Origin: Sedimentisphaerales bacterium
Lineage (GTDB): Bacteria; Planctomycetota; Phycisphaerae; Sedimentisphaerales; SM23-30
Assembly (NCBI GenBank): GCA_963663965.2
Contig: CAXXFK010000026.1
Span: forward strand, 1 to 64,000
Length of the DNA stretch: 64,000 nucleotides
Direction of reading: 5' to 3'
Positions within the stretch are counted from its first letter, which is position 1. Each line of letters begins with the position of its first letter. The translations under genes were made by a program, and so were the position numbers. A model generated the notes under the pieces. It had not been told where the DNA came from. It worked only from the letters and a program-made list of their open reading frames with translations, and made no database searches. Of this stretch, positions 1 to 11,005 are shown in pieces.

Positions 1-412
1 GATGCCAGGATTCTTTACTGATGGGGCCGGTGACAACCGCATCGATTTTACGGTCCTGAGCGTCTTTGATGGCATCGGCAACAAACTGGAAAGAGATCTT
101 TCCACCCGATTCAGTGGGACAGGCGTGATTTCGGGAATAAAGCGGCCAGTTTACCTCGTCATAATCGGCAACGAGAATATTATGAGGAAATATTCGGGAT
201 ATGTTGTCATGCTGTTCCCGTCCCCAGATCATGTCCAATTCGGCCAGATCAGAAGCATAGCTGATGAGTTCATTCATGCCATAGATAACAAACCGGGCCA
301 TAGAACGGATAGCCGGATCGTTCAGGGCTTTGACAATCACTTCCGGCCCGATGCCGGCGGGGTCCCCCATGGTAATACCGATGACTGGTTTATTGGCTTC
401 TTGTTCAGGCAT
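1..412 (-). CDS. pdxA: 4-hydroxythreonine-4-phosphate dehydrogenase (5' part; runs off window edge)
   Basis: Manual minus-strand translation from ATG at 412: MPEQEANKPVIGITMGDPAGIGPEVIVKAL...IDAVVTGPISKESWH, both PdxA signature motifs. Not in ORF track. Confidence 0.92.
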   Translation of the reverse strand, partial: MPEQEANKPVIGITMGDPAGIGPEVIVKALNDPAIRSMARFVIYGMNELISYASDLAELDMIWGREQHDNISRIFPHNILVADYDEVNWPLYSRNHACPTESGGKISFQFVADAIKDAQDRKIDAVVTGPISKESWH

Positions 413-422
413 GAAATCGTGG

Positions 423-1076
423 TTAGACAAAACCCTGGTCGCGGAGTTTGTCCAGAGTTAACTGAGATGGTGAAATATCTGGTGAGGACAATGCGTTGAG
501 GCTGCGATTGATCCATTTTCCGATGATATCTGTTTCAAGATTGACGTGGTCTCCTTTTTTTCGTTCTCCCAGATTTGTTTCTTTTAAGGTGGTGGGAATT
601 AGGCTGACGGCAAAACGATCGTTTTCCAGCCTGGCAATAGTCAGACTGATGCCATCAACAGCGATAGAGCCTTTGGGAATCATATAACTGATCAGGTCAA
701 CCGGAGGTGTAATCCAGATGGTCCATTGCCGGTGGTCGGTATCAATTTGTTCTATTTTGCCGATACCATCGACATGTCCCTGTACAAAATGTCCGCCAAA
801 ACGCCCATTGGCAGCCATAGCCCGTTCCAGGTTCACTTTGTGGCCGGGCCGCAATTCGCTTATCGTGGTCGCTTTGATCGTTTCGGTCATGATATCAAAG
901 TATGCCTGCGCACCCTGTAACTGGTTGATAGTCAAGCAGACACCGTTAATGGCGATGCTGTCCCCGTAACGGGCATCCTCTGCAAGATGGCCCAATGGCA
1001 ATCCCAGTCGCATACCGGTTGGGGTCGTCTGGATTGACTGAACGGACTGAATTGTTTCTATTATACCGGTAAACAT
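423..1076 (-). CDS. ribE: Riboflavin synthase (alpha chain)
   Basis: MFTGII N-terminus, duplicated lumazine-binding domains (GDSIAINGVCLT / KGSIAVDGISLT), GGHFVQGHVDG. Confidence 0.97.
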   Translation of the reverse strand: MFTGIIETIQSVQSIQTTPTGMRLGLPLGHLAEDARYGDSIAINGVCLTINQLQGAQAYFDIMTETIKATTISELRPGHKVNLERAMAANGRFGGHFVQGHVDGIGKIEQIDTDHRQWTIWITPPVDLISYMIPKGSIAVDGISLTIARLENDRFAVSLIPTTLKETNLGERKKGDHVNLETDIIGKWINRSLNALSSPDISPSQLTLDKLRDQGFV

Positions 1077-1080
1077 CTTT

Positions 1081-1115
1081 AAAAAAAGAAAGCCCGCTAC
1101 CTGGATGCAACGGGC
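1081..1115 (-). terminator. Intrinsic terminator after gltA
   Basis: Minus strand GCCCGTTGC-ATCCAG-GTAGCGGGC followed by TTTCTTTTTTT. Confidence 0.75.
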
Positions 1116-1139
1116 GTAATATCTGAAAAATAAATTACG

Positions 1140-2428
1140 TTACCCTCGTTGAATAATCGGGACGATGGCGCGTTCATTTTCTCCAACATAAACCTGGCGA
1201 GGACGATAAATACGGTTTTCTTTGAAATTAACTTCACGCCAGTTGGCGATCCAACCGGGCAGGCGACCCATGGCAAAGAAAACAGTAAACATATTGGTGG
1301 GGATGCCTATGGCTCTCATGATCAAGCCGCTGTAGAAGTCCACGTTGGGATATAAGTTGCGTTCGACGAAATAATCGTCTTTCAAAGCGGCCTGTTCCAG
1401 TTCCATGGCGATATCCAGCAGAGGATCGGTATGGTCCAGACGTTTGAATAACCGGTCGCACGCTTCTTTCAGAATACGTGCGCGAGGATCGTAGTTCTTA
1501 TAAACCCGGTGGCCAAAACCCATCAGACGGACTGGATTCTTTTTATCTTTGGCGTTTTTCGATGCAATCCGGGATACTGAAACCACCTTCTTTAATTTCC
1601 TCCAGCATGGTTAGCACTTCCATATTGGCGCCACCGTGTAAATGTCCCCATAAGGCACAGTCCCCGGCCGATATCGAAGAGAATACATTCGCGCCTGAAG
1701 AGGCTACCATTCGCACGGTAGAAGTGCTGCAGTTCTGTTCATGATCGGCATGGAGCATGAGGATCATATCCAGGGCAGTAGCCACTTCCGGCAGTACGTC
1801 GTATTCCTGATGAGGCACGGAAAACATCATATGCAACAGGTTCGATACATAACGGCGTTTCGGATCCGGATAAATAAACGGCTGGCCCAGCCGCATTTTA
1901 TAGGTATAGGCGGTGATCGTGCGAATCATGCTCATTAACCGCGCCGTAACGTCGAGGAGCTGTTTGGGATCGGTGGGAGAAGCCAGATCCGGGTGATAAC
2001 AGCTCAAGGCGTTGATTCATGGCTGAAAGGATTGCCATTGGATGCGCGTTGGTGGGAAAACCGTCGAAATGGTTCTTGAGATTTTCGTGAATCAATGCGT
2101 TATCCGTTAATTTCTCAGAAAAACGGTTCAATGAGGCCGTGTTTGGCAGTTCGCCAAAAATCAACAGGTAAGCCACCTCAATAAAGCGGCTGTGCTTAGC
2201 CAGTTCTTCGATGGGATAGCCGCGATAGCGTAGAATCCCTTTCTCGCCGTCAATAAACGTAATTTCGCTTTTACACGAGCCGGTATTGCCATAACCACTG
2301 TCCAGGGTAATATATCCGGTTTCGGAGCGCAATTTGCTGATATCGATGGCTTTTTCGTTTTCAGTACCAACAATAACCGGTAGTTCGTATTCTTTGCCTT
2401 CCAGGATTAATTTTGCGGATTCGCTCAT
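1140..2428 (-). CDS. gltA: Citrate synthase, split over 3 ORFs by two +1 insertions (probably sequencing errors)
   Basis: [66 protein letters not shown]; start MSESAK with GGAGG RBS; shifts near 2018 and 1554. Confidence 0.93.
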
Positions 2429-2544
2429 GAAATACCTCCACAAGGTTAGGGGTTCATTCCGTGGGCCCGCGGGCATCACAGAGGGGCCAGATGCTAACTT
2501 GAAATCTAACGGATGATAAATCAAAGGGATGGCCCCTGGGGAAA

Positions 2545-2616
2545 CTGGGGTACTAGGATTCGAACCTAGACTAAATGATCCAGAGTCACTTGTGTCTGCC
2601 GTTACACTATACCCCA
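2545..2616 (-). tRNA. tRNA-Gln (CTG)
   Basis: TGGGGTA...TACCCCA acceptor stem, AGTGA-CTCTGGA-TCATT anticodon arm, CTAGG-TTCGAAT-CCTAG T arm. Confidence 0.95.
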
Positions 2617-2727
2617 ATGTAATAGCATGTTCTAAGGCTTAATCAGCCGTTAGCCTTATTATTAATAACAAAAAATAATGTTAAAGCAAGAAAAAAATTA
2701 TTCGAGCTGCGTTAATTTAACTTATTG

Positions 2728-3129
2728 TTAAAAAAGAAGTTCGGTGTCATCGTGGGGTTTGCCGGTGTTGGGTTGCCGGTCTATCCAGGTCAGGATTAAT
2801 TCAATAATATATTCGATCTGGTTCCATTCTAACTCTTTGCCTGTTGGTATGTTATGCCATTTCTTCAGGCATTTTCGACAACAACTGGCCGTGGCGTGCT
2901 GCGCAACAAAAACCGGATGATTCCGCATGGGAGTCTGGCGACCATCATTAGGGGGATAAGCAGGGCCCAGTCTGTTAACGATGATATCCCTGGCATGGTT
3001 GCGTAAAGTCTCATGATCCAGTCGGAATAAAACCTTGATTTCTTTATTTTTAAGTCGAAATCTGGCTCGAAAGGACGATTTTGAGAGTTTTTCCAGAATT
3101 GTTATGATTTTTTGTTCGTCTGTAGTCAT
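2728..3129 (-). CDS. DUF4186 family protein
   Basis: S-FR-RF-L, NDGRQTPMRNHPVFVAQHATASCCRKCL-KWH motif. Confidence 0.85.
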   Translation of the reverse strand: MTTDEQKIITILEKLSKSSFRARFRLKNKEIKVLFRLDHETLRNHARDIIVNRLGPAYPPNDGRQTPMRNHPVFVAQHATASCCRKCLKKWHNIPTGKELEWNQIEYIIELILTWIDRQPNTGKPHDDTELLF

Positions 3130-3301
3130 TTACTGGTCATAATAGCGACAATAGTAATAAATATCAAAAAGTTAACCCATTCAGGGACGTGGTAAAAGAA
3201 ATGTAAAACGTAACTGACAAAGAACTTAGCTTGAACAGTGCCGTAAAAGTAAATGTGTTATGTGAAAAATTCATAGTTGAAGAAATGTTTAAATAGGAGA
3301 T

Positions 3302-4756
3302 TTGATTATGATCCAGAAAAAAATGTCACCCAAAGCTCAATGTATGATTGCGATCGTGTTATTCTTGTCCTTAATTAGTGCACCGGTATTTGCCGCTGAC
3401 GATAATGGCGTTGCCAGTTTGCGTAAGACATCTCAGGCTTTTTCCAGTGTGGCGAAAAAGGCCATTCCGGCGGTTGTTTATGTGAAAGTGGAAAAAAATA
3501 TTCAGGTTCAAAGGCCGCAGTATAACAATCCCGGATTACGGGGCCCCTTTGACCAGTTTTTCGATGACTTCTTTCAACAGCAACCCAATACGCCCCAACA
3601 GTATCGCCAGGAAGGGCAGGGTTCCGGTTTTATTATCAGTAAAGACGGCTATATTTTAACGAATCATCATGTGGTGGGTGATGCCGATAAAATTACTGTG
3701 CGTCTGCGTGATGGCCGGGAATTCAAGGCCAAAAAGGTTGGGACTGATGAGAAAACCGATATCGCACTGATCAAGATCGAAGGCAACGATTTTCCAGTAA
3801 TCAACCTGGGCGATTCCGACAAGTTGGAAATTGGTGAATGGGTCATGGCCATAGGCAATCCTTTTGGATTAACCGAAACGGTCACCGTGGGCATTGTCAG
3901 CGCAAAAGGCCGCAGCACGGTTGGAATAACCGATTATGAAGATTTTATTCAGACGGATGCCGCGATTAATCCGGGTAATTCCGGCGGACCGCTGATCAAC
4001 CTGGATGGCGAAGTCATCGGCATCAACTCGGCGATTTTCAGCAAGAGTGGCGGTTATATGGGAATTGGATTTGCTATTCCCGTCAATATGGCCAGAAATG
4101 TCAAAGATCAATTGCTGGAAACCGGTAAAGTGCGCCGAGGGCAATTGGGAGTGATCATTCAGAATATCAATCAGGAACTGGCTGACTCCATGGAATTGTC
4201 TTCAACGAAAGGTGTGCTGGTGGCAGATGTCTTAGAAGATTCTGCCGCAGCGAAAGCCGGCCTGAAAACGGGCGATATTATTGTGGAACTCAATGGCAAA
4301 GAAGTTGAAGGGGTAGGTCCCTTGCGGAATGAAATTGCCATGACCACACCGGGCACCCAGATCGACCTTAAAGTCAATCGTAATGGCAAAATGATGGATA
4401 TCAAGGTCAGTATTGGCGAATTGGACGAGAACGCGGTAGCGAACGCTGAACTTACCCCATCCGATTTTGCCGCGAAACTGGGACTCAAAGTCGATAATAT
4501 CGATGAAAGCTACAAGGACTACTTCGAAGGAGATATGCCGGAATCTGGCGTTATCGTCACTCGAGTCAACTCTGGCAGCGAAGCGGAACGCAAGGGCATT
4601 ACTCCCGGTACCGTAATCATCAGTGTGAATCGAAAGAAAGTCAGTTCTGTCAATGAATTCAATCAGGCCATGGCTGAAGCAGCCAAAAATAATAAAGTGT
4701 TACTGCTGGTTAAAGAAAAGCAATATACTCGATTTGTGCCACTAACACTCGAGTAA
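3302..4756 (+). CDS. degP: HtrA/DegP-family periplasmic serine protease with two PDZ domains
   Basis: Signal peptide, GSGFII, TNHHVV, FIQTDAAINPGNSGGPL, two PDZ regions. Confidence 0.93.
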   Translation: MIMIQKKMSPKAQCMIAIVLFLSLISAPVFAADDNGVASLRKTSQAFSSVAKKAIPAVVYVKVEKNIQVQRPQYNNPGLRGPFDQFFDDFFQQQPNTPQQYRQEGQGSGFIISKDGYILTNHHVVGDADKITVRLRDGREFKAKKVGTDEKTDIALIKIEGNDFPVINLGDSDKLEIGEWVMAIGNPFGLTETVTVGIVSAKGRSTVGITDYEDFIQTDAAINPGNSGGPLINLDGEVIGINSAIFSKSGGYMGIGFAIPVNMARNVKDQLLETGKVRRGQLGVIIQNINQELADSMELSSTKGVLVADVLEDSAAAKAGLKTGDIIVELNGKEVEGVGPLRNEIAMTTPGTQIDLKVNRNGKMMDIKVSIGELDENAVANAELTPSDFAAKLGLKVDNIDESYKDYFEGDMPESGVIVTRVNSGSEAERKGITPGTVIISVNRKKVSSVNEFNQAMAEAAKNNKVLLLVKEKQYTRFVPLTLE

Positions 4757-4783
4757 CCTGATTTTCATAATTCCATCCTCCTG

Positions 4784-4816
4784 AAAGCCGCCCGAATACT
4801 ATCGGGTGGCTTTTTT
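4784..4816 (+). terminator. Intrinsic terminator after degP
   Basis: AAAGCCGCCCGA-ATACTA-TCGGGTGGCTTTTTT. Confidence 0.85.
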
Positions 4817-4992
4817 ATAGCTATCGGTGATGATCATTGGATATTACCCGAAAGCAGCTTCACCTTTTGGCATTTATATGTTCAATGGCAAAACGATATG
4901 GCAATTACAGTGAATACTGTTGGCAAATGCGTAATAATTCCATATCGATAATGGTATTTACCCTGCCATTGGAAATATTGCCAGAGTGATGT

Positions 4993-6235
4993 TTATCTTT
5001 TCTTGATATCAAATGCCATCAGGCTTTCGCCGTGCCGAACATACAAAATGCCATCTGAAATTGCAGGATGGGCCCAGTGTTCACCGGATCCTTTGGTTAT
5101 CCTGAATTCGCTGACGATTTCAAACCCTTTCGGATCGGCCTTAACCAGCGCGAAATCGCCCGTCCGTTCCGAGTAGCAATACAGCATCCCATCGGCATAA
5201 ATAATCGGACCTTTCTCGTTATTCCAGGAGGTATCGTAGCTGAATGTCCCGGTTTTCCAGTCCGCGCACACCCAGTTTCCTTTGGAATTACTCAGCCAGT
5301 TCGATCCATAAAGATACCCATCATGATACAAAACCCCGCCATGATGATTATCGAATTCATTATTTCGCCAGACCTGGGTGACTTTCGTACCGGTCTCATC
5401 CAGCTTCAACAATGCCCCGAAATCGTTATAACCGCTGGTGACAAAGATCGACCCGTCATACCATACCGGACTCACCGGGTTGATATCTTTGCCTTCAAAT
5501 GGGTAGGTCCATAGCGTTTCGCCGTTACGAATATCCAGTCCCGCAACCACATCATCCACGATCTGGACTACTTGAGGTTTCCGGGTATGAGGCGCATAGA
5601 TCGCTGAACTGTAAGTTGCCTTTTTAGTCAATCCTTTACTCGACCACACCAGTTTCCCGGTTGTTTTATTGTAAGCCGCAACCGACGCCAGCGCTCCGCC
5701 TGGAGTACAGATTGCCAGATCACCTACGACCAGAACGCTTTCCGATACCCCCCAGGCCACCCTTCTGCCATTTAAATTGTTGATTGGTATCCGCGTTCCA
5801 CACCGGCTCACCGGTTATCGCATCCAGACAACACAATAATCCATTTCCACTCATGACATACAATTTATTTTCCGACAGGGTGGGGGTGGTGCGTACTCCC
5901 GGAAAACTCCCGGTCCATTCCGGCCCGTAAACTTGCTGCCAGAGCGGCTTGCCATAAATATCGAACGCGTAAACCACCCCATTTTTACTGTCTTTCTCCA
6001 TCCCGGTAATATAGACCCGTCCATTACCAATCGCAGCCGATGACCAGCCAATCCCCAGAATATCCGTTGACCAGATCATCTGTGGTCCGCCCGCCGGCCA
6101 CTCCTTCAGTAAACCGGTTTCATTGGATCGGCCGTCACGCAAGGTCCCGCGAAATCCGGCCCAGTCCGCCGAAAAAACTGGTGTAATGAATAAAAGCCCG
6201 GCTATCATTGAAAGGATAAAATTATTTTTTCTCAT
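4993..6235 (-). CDS. Secreted PQQ-like (BamB-type) beta-propeller protein, one frameshift near 5770-5790
   Basis: Signal peptide + ADWAGFRG..RDG.S.ETGLLKEWP, repeated W-docking motifs, C-terminal WAHPAISDGILYVR; ORFs 5720-6235 and 4993-5811 join. Confidence 0.8.
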
Positions 6236-6343
6236 GGATAATGTCCTTATAATACATTCATTAGCGTTAAATTTTATAGAACGTGATTTGTAGACTATTT
6301 ATTAGTAATCATAGTAATTGTTTGAAGCAGATTGGCAATAAAT

Positions 6344-7518
6344 ATGAAAAGAAGTATAACTCTTTTATTGGTCAGTTGGTTGCGTCGGGTTAATGTGCGG
6401 CATTTCCGGCTGTTCCAGACAGGACTCTGACTCTTCGCCCCCGGAAAAGCCATCCAGCCCCGGATTTTTCTGCCATGTCCTGGCCCATTTTCCGTGGGAA
6501 TAAACGGCTGACCGGTACTTCCGATTGCACGATTAATATCCCTCTGGCTCTAAAATGGCGATTTAACGCTGATGCCCCGGTGAAAGCCGCTCCTGTCATC
6601 AGTCAGGGAAAAATCTTTTTCGGCGATTCCGATGGCATCGTTTATGCCGTCGATCTGGCCACTGGGAATGAGGTCTGGCGTCATCCTACCCAGGATGAAA
6701 TCGAGGCCGCGCCACTGGTGATCGACGATCTGATCTATATCGGCAACGCCAACGGTGATTTTTTCGCGCTCGATATCAACTCGGGCCTGCCCGCCTGGAC
6801 CGCCGCCACCGATAATAAAATTCTCGGTTCGGCCAACTGGTATCAGGCCGATGACAAAACGTTTGTCGTGATCGGCAGCTACGATTTTTGTGTTCATTGC
6901 TTCGACGCCCGTTCCGGCCAACCCGCCTGGAAAATGGAATCGGACAACTATGTCAACGGTACTCCTGCGATTACTGATCGGTATGTCGTTTTCGGTGGTT
7001 GTGATGCCATGGTTCGCTTTGTCAGTCTTGCTGATGGCACCGAAGTCTTTTCTTTCGACGCGATGACGTATGTGGCCGGGTCTCCTGCCTATGATAATGG
7101 CGAATTATTCGTCGCCAACTTCGAGGATAGTCTATTCTGTTTTGATGTCGAAAAGCCGCATATCAAATGGCGGTTTGAAAATCCCAATCGTGAAGGATTC
7201 TTCGCTTCGCCCGCCGTCACCCCGGACCGGATCGTTATTGCTTCCAAAGATAAAAATGTCTATGCCATTGACCGGAAAACCGGCGACAAAATCTGGCAGT
7301 TTCCCACCCGCCGCGAGATCGACTGTTCCCCGGTGGTCGCCCGTGACAAGGTTGTCGCGCCCGCCGGTGATGGGCGCCTCTACCTCCTTGATCTTGCCAC
7401 CGGCCAACAACTCTGGTCCTGGGAAATCGGAGCTGAAATTGTCGCCAGCCCGGCCGTCACCGGGGGCTGGATCTTTATCCCCGCCACCGACGGTACCCTC
7501 TATGCCTTCGGCCCCTGA
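6344..7518 (+). CDS. PQQ-like beta-propeller lipoprotein (BamB-like); 5' end frameshifted, main ORF 6475-7518
   Basis: WPIFRGN plus repeated SP-x(n)-G-LYA-D---G---W blades; upstream MKRSITLLLVSWL..LMCGISGC lipobox recoverable by removing two inserted bases. Confidence 0.78.
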
Positions 7519-7831
7519 TTGCTGCAAAGATTCATTCTTTTTCAAAATGTGAATGCCTGGAGAGAATCTAAGTGCTTTAACAAATCGGTTTTACTTTGTT
7601 TCGTCTCTTGCGAGTGAAATCTTGCTCAAAATGGCAAAGCAATCTCAACAGGGAGACAAATGCCGCTGTGACCCTGTTTGGTTCCGGCACTGCCGGATTA
7701 GATTCCTTAAATTGATTAGAATGTGTACAGACTGAGGGCGAGATGATCAAGACAAATTGATACAATCCTGATTGATTGAACTCCTATGCTTTTTTATTGT
7801 TCGATGAATAGCTGTCGAGTAATATGATTAT

Positions 7832-8960
7832 ATGAAAATCCTGGTTATAAACTATGAATTCCCACCCATCGGAGGGGGGGGGAGGGGCAATTTGTTATGA
7901 GCTGTGCCGCCAGTTAGTGGAGATGGACCATCGAGTCGATGTAGTGACAATGCGGTACAATCATTTGCCCAAATATGAAATTCGTGATGGTATTGCAATT
8001 TATCGGACTCCGGCATGGCGTCAGCGGCCCGATATATGCCGTACCCATGAAATGGGTTCTTTTCTGGCAGGGGCCCTAAATCCTACCCTTAAACTGGCTG
8101 CTGATAACCACTATGATGTTATTCATTGTCATTTTCTTATCCCAACGGGTCCATTAGCCTTGCTCGTCAGCCGATGGAAAAGAATTCCTTTTATTATCAC
8201 TTGTCATGGGAGTGATATTCCAGGTTATAATCCAGACCGGTTTGGTTTCGTCCACCGGATGATTCATCCGATCTGGAAAGGATTGGCCCGCCGGTGTCCT
8301 TTGCTGGTTTCCCCCAGTCACTCGTTAAGAAATCTTGCCCTGGGCCATATTCCCTCCCTGGATATCCGGGTGATACCCAACGGCTTTCAAGTGCAGCAAT
8401 ATCCAAGTTGCCAAAAACAGAATCGAATCCTGATGTGCAGTCGCATTTTACCCCGTAAGGGATTTCAGTATGCGCTGCAAGCGATTGCCCGGATTCAAAC
8501 TGATTGGGAAGTTCATATCATCGGTGACGGCACCTATCTGGAGGAACTGAAAACTTTGGCCGGTCAGTTGGGTGTGCCGGTACAATTTTATGGCTGGCTG
8601 GACAAACAAGACCCGAGGTTCATGGAGCTATACGCGACCAGTTCCATCTTTATTTTTCCATCCGAGGCAGAGAATTTTCCCACGGTATTGCTGGAAGCGA
8701 TGTCCGCCGGCATGGCCATCATCACCAGTACGGCCGGGGGGTGTCCTGAGGTGGTCGGTGACGCCGCGATTCTGGTCCCTCCGAGGGATTCAGATGCCCT
8801 TGAAGAAAAACTTAAGCTGCTGCTGGAAAACCGTGCGGTTCGGGATGAACTGGCGCAAAAAGCCCGGGAGCGAATACGGCAATTTAACTGGGACGTTATT
8901 GCCAGTCAATATGTGACCCTGTTTCAAGAAGCGATGGCAAAAAATGAAAAAACCAGATAA
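7832..8960 (+). CDS. Glycosyltransferase family 4, frameshifted at a G9 tract (7874-7882)
   Basis: MKILVINYEFPPIGGGG N-terminus in a different frame from main ORF; ENFPTVLLEAMSAG (E-x7-E) motif. Confidence 0.88.
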
Positions 8961-9008
8961 ATACGAAATGATCAGATATCGTGTGATTAACATATTATGA
9001 GGTAATTT

Positions 9009-9776
9009 GTGAGTAGAAATCAGTGGTCCCCTTGGGGGGAATTGAAACATGAACGTGCTGCGTATCAGCTGACTTCCCTGCAGGAAGACTGCCGGATCGA
9101 TGCTATTCGAGGAAAACGGTTGCTGGAAATTGGTTGTGGCAATGGATTGTTCCTTCAGCATTGTCACGAAGCCGGCTTGCTCGCCAGCGGATTGGAGGTG
9201 GACCGGGAGAGTTATGACGCAGCCAAAAGGCAATATCCTCATCTGGATATCATACACTATGATGGCTTGAATATCCCCAAGGAAGATCAATCCTTTGATA
9301 TCGTGGTGTCCTATCAGGTTATTGAGCACGTCGAAGATATCGAACAGACCCTTAAGGAATGTTCGCGCGTTTTGAAGCCCGGCGGTATGATGTACCATAC
9401 CATGCCGAATTATCAATCCTTTTATGAAGGGCATTATCAGATTTTGTGGCTGCCGTTTTTAACGAAAAACAGCGGCCGCCTGTATATGAAAATGCTAAAG
9501 AAATACAATCCGTTTTATGAAACTTTAAATATTGTCAAGCCGCAACTGCTCAAACGGTTGATGAGGAAATTCGACCATCTGGAGATGGTCTCCTTAGGGA
9601 AACAGGAATTTGTGCGGCGTTTTACCTTGCAGCAGATATCGAAGATTGGCAATCTGCCGTTACGCAAACTGATCCAGGGGGTCTATCGTCTGTCCTGGCT
9701 GCGGAATTGTATCATTTACCTGCTGTTATGGACCAATATGTACTATCCAATAATATTAATAGCCAGGAAGAAGTAA
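9009..9776 (+). CDS. Class I SAM-dependent methyltransferase (Methyltransf_11-like)
   Basis: LLEIGCGNG motif I, SFDIVVSYQVIEHV, RVLKPGG. Confidence 0.85.
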   Translation: MSRNQWSPWGELKHERAAYQLTSLQEDCRIDAIRGKRLLEIGCGNGLFLQHCHEAGLLASGLEVDRESYDAAKRQYPHLDIIHYDGLNIPKEDQSFDIVVSYQVIEHVEDIEQTLKECSRVLKPGGMMYHTMPNYQSFYEGHYQILWLPFLTKNSGRLYMKMLKKYNPFYETLNIVKPQLLKRLMRKFDHLEMVSLGKQEFVRRFTLQQISKIGNLPLRKLIQGVYRLSWLRNCIIYLLLWTNMYYPIILIARKK

Positions 9777-9903
9777 ACTATTGAAATAACTTAAGGTATG
9801 TCGAGACCGGATCGATCGCGCTCACGCAGTTTTCAGGCGGCAGTCACGCCAGAATATCCGGTGGGTCTTTCCGGCAGGAATATAAAATGATGGAGAATGA
9901 TCG

Positions 9904-11005
9904 TTGAAGGATTCTGTGATACCTGTCTGCTTTATCGCTCCTAAAGCTTATCCGCTATTTGAACCGGAAAACCAGGGTGTTTTTGGCGGTGCGGAAGTCG
10001 ATATTTTCCTGCTTGCCACCGAACTGGCAAAGGATAAGAATTATGCGGTTTCTTGTATTGTGGCGGATTATGGCCAGCCAGATGAAGAGGAGCGTCAGGG
10101 AGTGCGATTGATACGCAGCGTTAACTTCGGATGTAATCCCATCACCGGCGCCGTACAGGTCTGGAAGGCTTTACGGCGGGCGAACGCGGATATTTATTTT
10201 CATGAGGCGGCTTCAATGGGGACTGTTCTGGCGGGGGCTTTCTGCAAACTGAACCGGAAACGATTTGTCTATCGAACTGCCAGTCAGCGGGAATGTGATG
10301 GACGGTACCTCGGCGATAAACCCCTGGTCAGCCGGTTGTTTTATCGAACGCTTTAAAACGGCTGACGCAGTGATTGTGCAAAATCAGCAGGACCGGACAT
10401 CGATGAAGGCCATCGCTCCGGTTGATGCCCAGGTGATAAAAAATGGTCATTATCTGAATCCGGTCAAGGCGGGAAAACGTCATGTTGTGGCCTGGATTGG
10501 CCGAAGTACACCAGTGAAGCGGGCTGATTTATTTGTGACCCTGGCCCGGCGACTGCCTGAAATTCAGTTTGTCATTGTCTGCCAGAAAGCTACTGGCGAT
10601 ACCCAATACCAGACTTTGCAGGATGAAATCGGACAGGTCCCCAATTTAAAGCATATCGAAAGAGTGCCGTTTGATGAAGTAGTCAATTTTCTGCAGGACA
10701 CGGCAATACTGGTTAATACCAGCGATTCGGAAGGGTTTCCTAATGTTTTTATTCAGGCGGGTATCGCGGGTTGCGGATTGTTGTCACTAAACGTGAATCC
10801 CGATGGCTTTCTGGAGAAAGAACAGTGTGGCATCTGTGTTAATGGCGATTTTGAAAAGCTTGCCGAACAGGTCCATTTAATGATGACCAACCGGGGTTAC
10901 GAATCGCTGGGAGCAAACGCCCGGAAATACGTTGAGAATCATCATAATATTGAATTGATTATTAATGACTATAAAGCGCTTTTCGAAAGGTTGATGACGA
11001 AGTGA
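9904..11005 (+). CDS. Glycosyltransferase family 4, one frameshift near 10350
   Basis: FGGAEV N-terminal motif; SDSEGFPNVFIQA; ORFs 9904-10356 and 10265-11005 join. Confidence 0.82.

Noticed and set aside
2..499. 165-aa plus-strand ORF
   Set aside because: Antisense shadow of pdxA, which is clearly encoded on the minus strand.
1077..1139. Possible FMN riboswitch upstream of ribE
   Set aside because: Only ~60 nt available and no RFN conserved motifs; just a terminator hairpin.
2429..2617. N-terminal extension of the gltA ORF to 2617
   Set aside because: Overlaps tRNA-Gln; the real start is ATG 2428 with a GGAGG RBS.
7676..7702. TCCGGCA-C-TGCCGGA palindrome, REP-like
   Set aside because: Single copy in the window; cannot be shown to be a repeat family member.
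9830..9850. GGCGGCAGTCAC resembling the ops/JUMPStart element
   Set aside because: Poor match to GGCGGTAGCGT and internal to the operon; no RfaH/NusG paralog seen.
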